This document shows positions 18,795-26,756 of a DNA stretch of 56,305 nt, one piece after another; position 1 is the first letter of the stretch, and each line of letters opens with the position of its first letter. The notes under the pieces are model-generated. The model was not told the origin of the DNA. It searched no databases and worked only from the letters and a program-made list of their open reading frames with translations. Both the position numbers and the translations under genes were made by a program. The DNA comes from Planctomycetia bacterium (GTDB taxonomy: Bacteria; Planctomycetota; Planctomycetia; Pirellulales; S012-138): NCBI GenBank assembly GCA_016177915.1, contig JACOUI010000087.1, forward strand, positions 1-56,305, read 5' to 3'.

Positions 18795-20186
18795 ATGCCG
18801 TACTCAGGAAAGTTAGCGACGGCGGGCGCCCGCCTGTCCCGCCGGCAAGCCCTCCAGACGGCCGGGTCGGGGTTTGGTTTCCTTGCTCTGTCGGCGATGC
18901 TCTGCGAAACCGCTTCGGCTGCCGGCAAGCGGGGGACGGTCCCCGGATTGCTCGCGCCCAAATCGCCCCACTCTCGGGCCAAGGCCAAGCGGATCATCTT
19001 CGTGTTCATGGAAGGCGCCCTGTCGCAGATGGACACCTTCGAGTACAAGCCGCGATTGCAGGCCGACGACGGCAAGATCGCCCCCGGCGGCGCGACCTTG
19101 ACCGCGTCGAAGTTCCGCTTCGCCAGGCACGGCCAGACGGGAGCGTGGGTCTCGGAACTCTTCCCGAACGTCGCCCGGCACGTGGACAAGCTCTGCTTCA
19201 TCCGCGGTCTGCACACCGACACGCCGGCCCATCCGCAGGCGGTCATCCAGCTTCACACCGGCACGGTGCTGGCGTCGCTGACGCGGCCGTCGATGGGCGC
19301 GTGGCTGCTCTACGGGCTGGGCACGGAGAACCAGGACCTGCCCGGGTACATCACGATCAACCCCTCGCCGAACTTCGGCGGAGCGATCAACTACGGCAGC
19401 GCGTTTCTGCCGGCCCACTTCCAAGGGACGCGCGTCAGCGACGCCGGGTCGATGCAGAACCTGCGTCCGCAGACGGCCCGTGCGCTGCAACGCCGGCAGC
19501 TCGACCTTATCCAATCCATGAACCGCGACCTGGCGGCCGCGCCCGGCGCGCCGGACGAGGTCGAAGGCGTGATCCAATCGCTGGAGCTGGCGTTCCGGAT
19601 GCAGGACAAGGTGCCGGAGCTTTTGGACATCTCGCGGGAGCCGCAGTCGGTCCTGGACGATTACGGCGTGCGCCCCGGTCCGGATGGGAGCTTTGCCCGA
19701 CAGTGCTTGATGGCCCGGCGGCTCAGCGAAGCGGGCGTGCGGTTCGTGGAAATCACGCAATCGGGCTGGGACCACCACAGCAACCTGCACAAGGGGCTGA
19801 TCAAGCAGTCCACGATGGTGGATCAGCCCGCCGCGGCGCTGCTCGCCGACCTGGAGCAGCGCGGGCTGCTGGAAGAAACGCTGGTCCTCTTCGGCAGCGA
19901 GTTTGGACGCATGCCCACCGCGCAGGGTCCCGACGGTCGCGACCACAACATCACGGGCTACCCGATGTGGCTGGCGGGCGCGGGCGTGAAGCAGGGCTTC
20001 TCCTACGGCGGCACCGACGAGTACGGCCTGCACGCCGTGGAAGGCCGCATGCACACGACCGATCTGCACGCCACGCTTTTGGCGCTATTGGGTCTGGACC
20101 ACGAGTCGCTCACCTACCGTTACGCCGGCCGCGACTTCCGCCTGACGGACGTGGCGGGGGAAGTGGCGACGGCGATTCTCGCCTGA
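18795..20186 (+). CDS. DUF1501 domain protein (Tat-like N-terminus)
   Basis: SRRQAL, AKRIIFVFMEG, CLMARRL.EAGVRFV, WDHH, SEFGRMP and GRDH motifs; the usual partner downstream of DUF1553. Confidence 0.93.
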   Translation: MPYSGKLATAGARLSRRQALQTAGSGFGFLALSAMLCETASAAGKRGTVPGLLAPKSPHSRAKAKRIIFVFMEGALSQMDTFEYKPRLQADDGKIAPGGATLTASKFRFARHGQTGAWVSELFPNVARHVDKLCFIRGLHTDTPAHPQAVIQLHTGTVLASLTRPSMGAWLLYGLGTENQDLPGYITINPSPNFGGAINYGSAFLPAHFQGTRVSDAGSMQNLRPQTARALQRRQLDLIQSMNRDLAAAPGAPDEVEGVIQSLELAFRMQDKVPELLDISREPQSVLDDYGVRPGPDGSFARQCLMARRLSEAGVRFVEITQSGWDHHSNLHKGLIKQSTMVDQPAAALLADLEQRGLLEETLVLFGSEFGRMPTAQGPDGRDHNITGYPMWLAGAGVKQGFSYGGTDEYGLHAVEGRMHTTDLHATLLALLGLDHESLTYRYAGRDFRLTDVAGEVATAILA

Positions 20187-20222
20187 GCTGCGCGCGTCTT
20201 CTTTCGTTTCGCCGCGCCCGCC

Positions 20223-20250
20223 TTGCCAGCGCGGCGGTTTGTGGTAGTCT
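20223..20250 (+). promoter_or_regulatory. Sigma70-like promoter of tRNA-Met
   Basis: TTGCCA-N16-TAGTCT with an extended -10 TG. Confidence 0.5.
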
Positions 20251-20302
20251 CAGAAAGTCGCCCGTCCCGCTGCGGTGCGGGCGGCGAAAAATGAAAAAAG
20301 AC

Positions 20303-20376
20303 GGCGGCGTAGCTCAGTTGGTCAGAGCAGCGGAATCATAATCCGCGTGTCGTAGGTTCGAATCCTACCGCCGCTA
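20303..20376 (+). tRNA. tRNA-Met(CAT), elongator type; CCA not encoded
   Basis: Cloverleaf with GGCGGCG/CGCCGCT acceptor stem, D arm AGCTCAGTTGGTCAGAGC, anticodon arm GCGGA-ATCATAA-TCCGC and T loop GTTCGAATC. Confidence 0.93.
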
Positions 20377-20383
20377 CTTGCCG

Positions 20384-20427
20384 AATCCCCGCAGGAATCC
20401 GCCGCCCCTGCGGGGATTTTGTCGTTT
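20384..20427 (+). terminator. Intrinsic terminator-like hairpin after tRNA
   Basis: AATCCCCGCAGG...CCTGCGGGGATT followed by TTGTCGTTT. Confidence 0.7.
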
Positions 20428-20528
20428 GGAGTTGCGTTTCTGCCCGATCACGACTACTCTGCGCCGCTATTTTCTGGGATCGCCGGGCAAAGCGTCACTT
20501 CCCGACTGACCGTTCCACCGAGTTGGCC

Positions 20529-22424
20529 ATGCGCGCGGCAAACCTCAGCGACGGCCGGCGGCCGGGTTGCGCCTGGGCGCTGGGAGCGGGAATTCGCTGC
20601 CTGGGGTCGCCGAGGCTGACGGCGGTCCTCTGGGCGGCACTGCTGGCCGCGCTGGCCTGGGCGGCCGCCGTCGAGGCCAATCAAGGACAGGCCCACGCAT
20701 CGTGGTTCGTGTATGAAAGCCGCTGGTTCGCCGGGCTCCTGCTGCTGGGCGCACACAGTTCTTGCGCCGTGGCGGTCCGGTTTCCCTGGAGGCGGCGCGA
20801 TCTGGGGTTGGTCGCCCTTCACGTCGGCGTCCTGGTTCTGCTCACGGGTGCCGTGTCGACGCATCTCGGCGGAATCAAAGGGCGTGTTTCACTCGTGCAG
20901 GATCAGACGACGAACGAATTGCTCCGGGACGATCAAGACCAGATGACGGTCGCGCGGATTGCGAAACCTGACGGGCGGGCGCACGAGTTCCGGTTCGCTG
21001 CCGGTCCCGTCGACTGGCCCGCCGGCAAAGCGCTCAGCGTGGGCGAGGTCGACGGAGCGCGTGTTCGAATCCTGGGCTATGTTCGGCACGCCCGGGCCGT
21101 CGAAACATGGACGGCCGACAACTCAGGGTCCGGCGGGCCGCTGGTGAAGTTCAAGGTCGCCGGGCAAGACGGGACGACGATCGCCGAGCATTGGCTCTTC
21201 GACCAGAGCCATGGCGACGCCGTCATGGTCGGGCCGATCCGGCTGCAACTTCAGCAAGCGGCGTCGGAGGCGATGCTCGAGGATTTCCTGCAACCGCCCG
21301 CCGAAGTATTCGCGGCGCCCGCCGAGAAGGGAACTCTCGTCATGTATTATCGGGAGGTCGTGCGGCGGGTTTCCGTCGATGAATACGTCGGAGAGACAAT
21401 CGCGCTTTGCGACGCGACCGTCGAGATCGCCGAGTACCTGCCAAACGCGGCGCCCGACCGGCTGGGCAATTTCACGTCGAAAAGCGACCAGCCGAAGAAT
21501 CCGATGTTGGAGTTGCGGGTATGCGTGGCGGGAGAGGAGAAGCCGATCCGGCAAATCGCGTTTGCCAAGGACGCGCTCTTGAACCTGGACGGCGTCTATT
21601 CCCGGCCGTGTCCCGTGAGATTCCGGTACGTTCATCCGGCGATCGAGCCGCCGGCGGCGCTGGAGTTTTTGCAAGCGCAGGACGGCAAGCTGTACGCGCG
21701 CTTGTGTGCCGGGCGGCGCTGCGAATCCTGCGGCGAGGTGAAGCCGCCCGCCCGGATTCGCCTGCCCGGCGACTTCGAAGTGACGATCCTCGAGTATCTG
21801 CCGCGCGCGGCGCACGACGTCACCTTTCAACCCGTCGGTAGATCGCTCGCTGACATGGAGAGTGAGGACTTCGAACCGGCAGCGCTGGTGGAGGTGACGG
21901 CCGGCGGCGCCACGCGCCAGGTCTGGCTGCAGCGCGGCCATCTCGTCTACGGCAGCCGCCAAATCGACACTCCGGCGGGGACGCTGAGTTTGAGCTACGA
22001 GCAGGGACGCGCGCCGCTCGGGTTCACGTTGACGATGGTCGACGTCGGGCGCGAGGAGAATCCCGCCCAACGTGGCAATTCTTCGCTGCCCGTCAAGGTG
22101 CGCGTCGTAGACGAACAAACCTGCGGCGACGAGGTGTACGAGGTCTCCTCGGACAAGCCGCTCACGCTCGGAGGATTCACATTCTATCCCACCGGCGTGA
22201 CGGACGCCGGGCATGGCCGCGCGGTCGCCGCTTTTCGCGTCGTCTCGGATCCGGGTTGGCCGCTGAAGTGCGCGGGCTGGCTGCTCGTCGGTGCGGGGAT
22301 CGTCGTGATTCTGGTCGTGCGATTCCGCACGCACCGTGCAGGGCACGAGCAGGACGCGCCGGCCCTCGACGGCGCACCTCCTGTAGATCCGTCGTCTTCT
22401 TTTGAGAATCGCGCAGCGGCCTGA
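20529..22424 (+). CDS. ResB/CcsB-like cytochrome c biogenesis protein (System II component)
   Basis: Three N-terminal TMs (LGSPRL..., VYESRWF, LHVGVLVLLTG with a conserved His), a large periplasmic domain and a C-terminal DPG-TM. Start codon uncertain. Confidence 0.7.
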   Translation: MRAANLSDGRRPGCAWALGAGIRCLGSPRLTAVLWAALLAALAWAAAVEANQGQAHASWFVYESRWFAGLLLLGAHSSCAVAVRFPWRRRDLGLVALHVGVLVLLTGAVSTHLGGIKGRVSLVQDQTTNELLRDDQDQMTVARIAKPDGRAHEFRFAAGPVDWPAGKALSVGEVDGARVRILGYVRHARAVETWTADNSGSGGPLVKFKVAGQDGTTIAEHWLFDQSHGDAVMVGPIRLQLQQAASEAMLEDFLQPPAEVFAAPAEKGTLVMYYREVVRRVSVDEYVGETIALCDATVEIAEYLPNAAPDRLGNFTSKSDQPKNPMLELRVCVAGEEKPIRQIAFAKDALLNLDGVYSRPCPVRFRYVHPAIEPPAALEFLQAQDGKLYARLCAGRRCESCGEVKPPARIRLPGDFEVTILEYLPRAAHDVTFQPVGRSLADMESEDFEPAALVEVTAGGATRQVWLQRGHLVYGSRQIDTPAGTLSLSYEQGRAPLGFTLTMVDVGREENPAQRGNSSLPVKVRVVDEQTCGDEVYEVSSDKPLTLGGFTFYPTGVTDAGHGRAVAAFRVVSDPGWPLKCAGWLLVGAGIVVILVVRFRTHRAGHEQDAPALDGAPPVDPSSSFENRAAA

Positions 22425-22745
22425 GCGGCGGATCGGGCGCCCGTCGTCACGGCGACAGGGCCGTGCTGGCTGCGATAGCACGCGCGGTCCCGCGCGCGGG
22501 GGTCGTTTGTCACATGCTATCGCGCGCACCAATGGGCCGATGGCGGTCTTCTACGCTTCGGTGCAAGAAAGGGAGAAGTTCCCTGTAAACGCGGGACGAA
22601 TTCTCTCACTGAGTGACCAACGGCCGGCGGCCCCGCGCGCCGATGCGTCGCGCGAACGCGCGGCCATCGCCACTGCCAGCCGCACCGCGCGACGCCGCGC
22701 CGGACGACCTCTGGCTCCTCGTCGCAAGAGAGAATCGTACACACG

Positions 22746-24227
22746 ATGTCTCCCCCGGCCGCTCGCCTCCGCCGTGCCATTCTTCTCAGCGCCGTGCTGG
22801 CCGGCTGCCTGGCCGGTATCGCCGGCTGCAACGGCCGGCCCGAAACGTCCGGCCGCGCCAATCCCGACCTCAAGCCCTATGGCCCGCACCCCGAGCCGCG
22901 CTGGCAAGAATCCGACTATCCAGTCTTGAAAGTCGCTCTTCCGGAAATCCGCGACGCGGAATTCGTGAACGACGACCAGCTCTGCGCGACCTGCCACCAG
23001 GCCTACACCGAGTCGTTCGCGCACAACGTCCATCGCGGCCAGTCCTGCGAAAAGTGCCACGGACCCGCCAGCAGACATCTAATCAGCCGCGGCAAAGAGC
23101 CGGGCTCGAGCCTGAGCTTCAAGAAGCTGTCGCCGCCCGAGCGGGCGGAACTGTGCCTGAAGTGCCACGAGCAGGACGCCTGCACGCCCGGGTCCAAGTG
23201 GCGGACGTCGCCGCACGCGCATCGCGGCGTCTCGTGCACCGACTGCCACACGTCGCACTACAATGTGCCGCCGGGCACGCCCGCGACGACCGTCGCCGCC
23301 GCAAGCCGCCCGCCGCAGCACGCCCTGGCCAGTTACCGGCAGAACCAGCCGCCGATCGACATCGCCGTTTTGCGCGAGGAATCGAAAAACCTGGGCGCCG
23401 TCACGCCGCACATTTGCTACCGCTGCCATGCCAGCCTGGCCCGGCAGCAGGAAATCGCCCATCCGCACCAGATCTGCGGCGCGGTGGGCTTCGACTGCAG
23501 GACCTGCCACGATCCGCACGGCAAGGTCCGCCAGGAAACGCGCTCCGACCTGTGCCTCAAGTGCCACGACCAGAGCTCCCCCACGATGGCCTGGCACTCG
23601 TCGACCCACTCCCGCTACGGCGTGGCCTGCACCGATTGCCACAATCCACACCCGCACACCGGCGTGCAGCAGCTCGTCAACATCAGCCACATGGACGTCC
23701 GTCGCCCCGGCCGAATGCCCATGTCCGTCGACGAACCGACCGCCTGCTACAAGTGCCACGGCGACATCTACGCCCGCAACGCCATGCCTTCGCATCACCC
23801 CATCAAGGAAGGGAAGATGGAGTGCTCCAGTTGCCACGACCCGCACGGCCAGAGCCAGGGCAACCTGAAGGCATCGACGGTCAACCAGGTGTGCTACAAG
23901 TGCCACGCGGAGAAGCAAGGGCCCTTCGCCTACGAGCATCCGCCGGTGACCGAGAACTGCGGCTATTGCCACGACCCGCACGGCACGGTGGCCAACAACC
24001 TCTTGCACCAGCCGACGACGTTCCTTTGCCTGCGATGTCACACCGGTCACCGCACGAGTCCCCTCGGCCCGAACCACAACAGCCCGGCCAACGGCGTGCT
24101 GCTGGGCGACATCGGCACGAACCCGGCCTTGCAGCGTGCGTTTTTCACCGATTGCACGCAGTGCCACAGCCAGATTCACGGCAGCGACGTGCCCTCGCCG
24201 CACGCGCCGCGCGCCTTCATGAGATAG
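22746..24227 (+). CDS. MtrA/DmsE/PioA-like multiheme cytochrome c, 14 CxxCH, predicted lipoprotein
   Basis: Lipobox-like IAGC, 14 CxxCH motifs counted, and MtrA-family signatures CHAEKQGPF.YEHPPV, CHDPHG and CHSQIHGSD. Confidence 0.9.
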   Translation: MSPPAARLRRAILLSAVLAGCLAGIAGCNGRPETSGRANPDLKPYGPHPEPRWQESDYPVLKVALPEIRDAEFVNDDQLCATCHQAYTESFAHNVHRGQSCEKCHGPASRHLISRGKEPGSSLSFKKLSPPERAELCLKCHEQDACTPGSKWRTSPHAHRGVSCTDCHTSHYNVPPGTPATTVAAASRPPQHALASYRQNQPPIDIAVLREESKNLGAVTPHICYRCHASLARQQEIAHPHQICGAVGFDCRTCHDPHGKVRQETRSDLCLKCHDQSSPTMAWHSSTHSRYGVACTDCHNPHPHTGVQQLVNISHMDVRRPGRMPMSVDEPTACYKCHGDIYARNAMPSHHPIKEGKMECSSCHDPHGQSQGNLKASTVNQVCYKCHAEKQGPFAYEHPPVTENCGYCHDPHGTVANNLLHQPTTFLCLRCHTGHRTSPLGPNHNSPANGVLLGDIGTNPALQRAFFTDCTQCHSQIHGSDVPSPHAPRAFMR

Positions 24228-24308
24228 CCGAGAGCAACCAGCGACGCCGTCAACCGGAGGGGCCAAGAACCCGCCGGCCCCCGCTTGTCGGCAGATCAGG
24301 ACCCAGAC

Positions 24309-26744
24309 GTGACTCGCCACCTGTTCATCCTGTCCGTGCTGTGCGTGGCGGCAACGCCCTTGGCCGCGGACGACGCGCCGCTGCGGCTGGCCGCCGAGAA
24401 GGACGGCGAGCCGAAATCACTCTCCCTCCCCCCTTTGCGGGGGAGGGTCGGGGTGGGGGGGACGGCATTGTTGGCAGAAGGCCAAAAGCACGACGGCGCG
24501 GAATTGCCAGACGTTCGCCTCGCCGGCGGCGAGTGGCTCTCGGAGGAAGACGCGCCGTTTCAACTCGCCGACGATCCCACAAAAGGCGATTGCCCTGCCG
24601 ATTTTCATCCGGTCTGCGACTGCGACTGCCGCATCCCGTGCCTCGACTGCTGGTGCGACGGCTGCCCGCCTTGCTGCACGACGGAATGCTACGGCGACCA
24701 CGGCTGCGAATGTGCGCTGGGAAACTGCTACCAGACCGGCGAGTGCGGCCAGTGGGTCGCCAACGACGCGTGGTGCGATGTCTGGGGCGAGCCGATCTAC
24801 GTCTCGGAGTCGGCGGTGCGTTTCGGCTGGTGGGGCGTCTCCACCCAAGGGCCGCCGACGCGGATCGGCGAGTTCCAGGACCTAAAGTCGTCGCCCTTCT
24901 TCGACGTCGACGCCATCTCCAGCGACGGCGTGCGGACCTGGGACATCAGCCTCACCGGACTCGACAACGAAGCCAACGACGCGCGCGTCTTCTATTACGG
25001 CCCGGGCCTGACGGCCAAGGTGAACTACGAGCGCTTCCTCCGCCGCTGGGACCACGATCCGCTCGTGGGCTTCGACCTCAACGGGCCGGTCGCGCCGACC
25101 CTGGCCGACAACGTCGTCACGCGCGACACGAACGTGGGCGAGGACTACGCCATCCGCGTGCAGCAACTCGACGCCCGCTTCCAGGGCCAGCTCACCGACC
25201 GCGTCAAGTGGCGCCTCAACGTGTGGGGCCTGAAGAAGTCGGGCGAGCGGCAAGCCAACGCCACGGCCCACTGCTTCAACATCGGCGCGGTGGCCCCGCC
25301 CGCGGCGCAGAACAACGCCTGCCACGTCCTCAGTCAGCGGCAGCGCATCGACTGGGAGACGCTGGAAATCCAGCCCGTCGTCGAGGCCCGCTACGAAGCC
25401 GCCACCGTCGAATACTCCCGCACCTGGCGGGCGTTCGGGCAGAGCGACGAGTTCGTGGACCGGAACTACACGCGGTTCGGCTTCTCGCCCGCCAGCGGCG
25501 CGCCGGGCCCGGACTTCGACTACGCCATCGTGCCTGAGAGCCTGACGCAAATCGACCGCCTGAAAGTCGGCGCGGCGCTCAACGAGTTCAACCAGTTTTA
25601 CGCCAACGTCTACCACGGCGACACGAAGAACGAGTTCCGCGGCACCCACCGCGAGTTCAGCGGGTTCGACCTCCGCGTCACGAATTCCGCCATGGACACC
25701 GTCAAGCTCACCGGCTACGTGAGCATGGACGACGAGAACAACGAGTTGCCGACGGTTTTCTTCAACGCCCCGCCGCTCTCGCCGGCCAACAACTACGACC
25801 GGAACTCGCTGCGGCATCCCGTCGATTACACGCGGACGCGCGCCGGCGTCAAGGGGCGCTGGCAGCCCCTCGGCGATTGCGGCGCCGCCAGCGGTTTCTC
25901 GCTGGCCGGCGGCTACGAATACTACATGCTCACCCGCGACTTCGCCGAGTACGACACCGCGCTGGGCACCTTCGTCCAGCCCGACACCATCAGCCACGAG
26001 ATCGAGTTCGGGCCGGCCATGCAGTGGTCGCGCGAGCTGGAAACGTACGTCCGCTACCGGCCCAGGTTCATCGAGGACCCGCTGATCGGCGTGCGCGAGG
26101 CCAACGGGCGATTCAACTCCAACCAGCCGGAGCAGGTCCACAGCGTCGACATCGGCGGCTCGTGGAACCCGACCTGGAACTTCATGGCGACGGCCCAGTT
26201 CAGCGTCGTCAACAGTTGGCACCACTCGGAGTTCGCCTACTTCAACGAGGACGACTACCCGATCATCGTGACCGCCTGGTATGCGCCCACGGAGCGGCTG
26301 TCGGTGACGGGCGGGTACGGCTATTACTCGAATTGGGTCGACCAGGACATCACGCTCGGTTTCACCACGCCGGGCGTGCCCGTGCCGCCCCTCCGCACGG
26401 AGACCACGCGCTGGCAATACGGCGGCGTGAACCACCTGGCCAGCGTCAACCTGGCCTACGCCTGGACGGAGACCGTCCACCTCATCGCGGGCTACGAGTA
26501 CAACCGGGGCCGGAACGTCTTCAACGTCCCGCCCTCGCCCGCGGGCGCGAACTGGTCGCTGCTGCCGTTTTTGGCCGACGTGATCGCCCAAACGCAGCGC
26601 TTCACGGCCGGCGCCGATTGGCAGCCCTATGGCAACCTCAACCTCTACGCCCGCTATGTCTACTTCGACTGGGACGACGTCTCGTCCGGGCTCTACACCG
26701 GCCGCAGCCACATGGTGCTGGGCGGCGGGAGCGTCGACTGGTAG
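24309..26744 (+). CDS. MtrB/PioB-like outer-membrane beta-barrel
   Basis: Directly downstream of the MtrA-like gene; signal peptide from GTG 24309, about 810 aa of alternating amphipathic strands rich in Y/W/G/D, and a terminal aromatic residue (SVDW). Confidence 0.75.
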   Translation: MTRHLFILSVLCVAATPLAADDAPLRLAAEKDGEPKSLSLPPLRGRVGVGGTALLAEGQKHDGAELPDVRLAGGEWLSEEDAPFQLADDPTKGDCPADFHPVCDCDCRIPCLDCWCDGCPPCCTTECYGDHGCECALGNCYQTGECGQWVANDAWCDVWGEPIYVSESAVRFGWWGVSTQGPPTRIGEFQDLKSSPFFDVDAISSDGVRTWDISLTGLDNEANDARVFYYGPGLTAKVNYERFLRRWDHDPLVGFDLNGPVAPTLADNVVTRDTNVGEDYAIRVQQLDARFQGQLTDRVKWRLNVWGLKKSGERQANATAHCFNIGAVAPPAAQNNACHVLSQRQRIDWETLEIQPVVEARYEAATVEYSRTWRAFGQSDEFVDRNYTRFGFSPASGAPGPDFDYAIVPESLTQIDRLKVGAALNEFNQFYANVYHGDTKNEFRGTHREFSGFDLRVTNSAMDTVKLTGYVSMDDENNELPTVFFNAPPLSPANNYDRNSLRHPVDYTRTRAGVKGRWQPLGDCGAASGFSLAGGYEYYMLTRDFAEYDTALGTFVQPDTISHEIEFGPAMQWSRELETYVRYRPRFIEDPLIGVREANGRFNSNQPEQVHSVDIGGSWNPTWNFMATAQFSVVNSWHHSEFAYFNEDDYPIIVTAWYAPTERLSVTGGYGYYSNWVDQDITLGFTTPGVPVPPLRTETTRWQYGGVNHLASVNLAYAWTETVHLIAGYEYNRGRNVFNVPPSPAGANWSLLPFLADVIAQTQRFTAGADWQPYGNLNLYARYVYFDWDDVSSGLYTGRSHMVLGGGSVDW
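24420..24461. repeat. In-frame palindromic element CCCTCCCCCCTTTGCGGGGGAGGGTCGGGGTGGGGGGG
   Basis: Hairpin CCCTCCCCC/GGGGGAGGG with a G-rich tail; encodes LSLPPLRGRVGVGG inside the barrel N-terminal region. Confidence 0.7.
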
Positions 26745-26756
26745 GCCCGTGCACTT

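Noticed and set aside
20303-20376. Initiator tRNA-fMet or tRNA-Ile2 identity
   Set aside because: The 1-72 position is paired (G-U) and the anticodon stem lacks the initiator's three consecutive G-C pairs. The overall pattern resembles elongator Met, although Ile2 cannot be fully excluded by eye.
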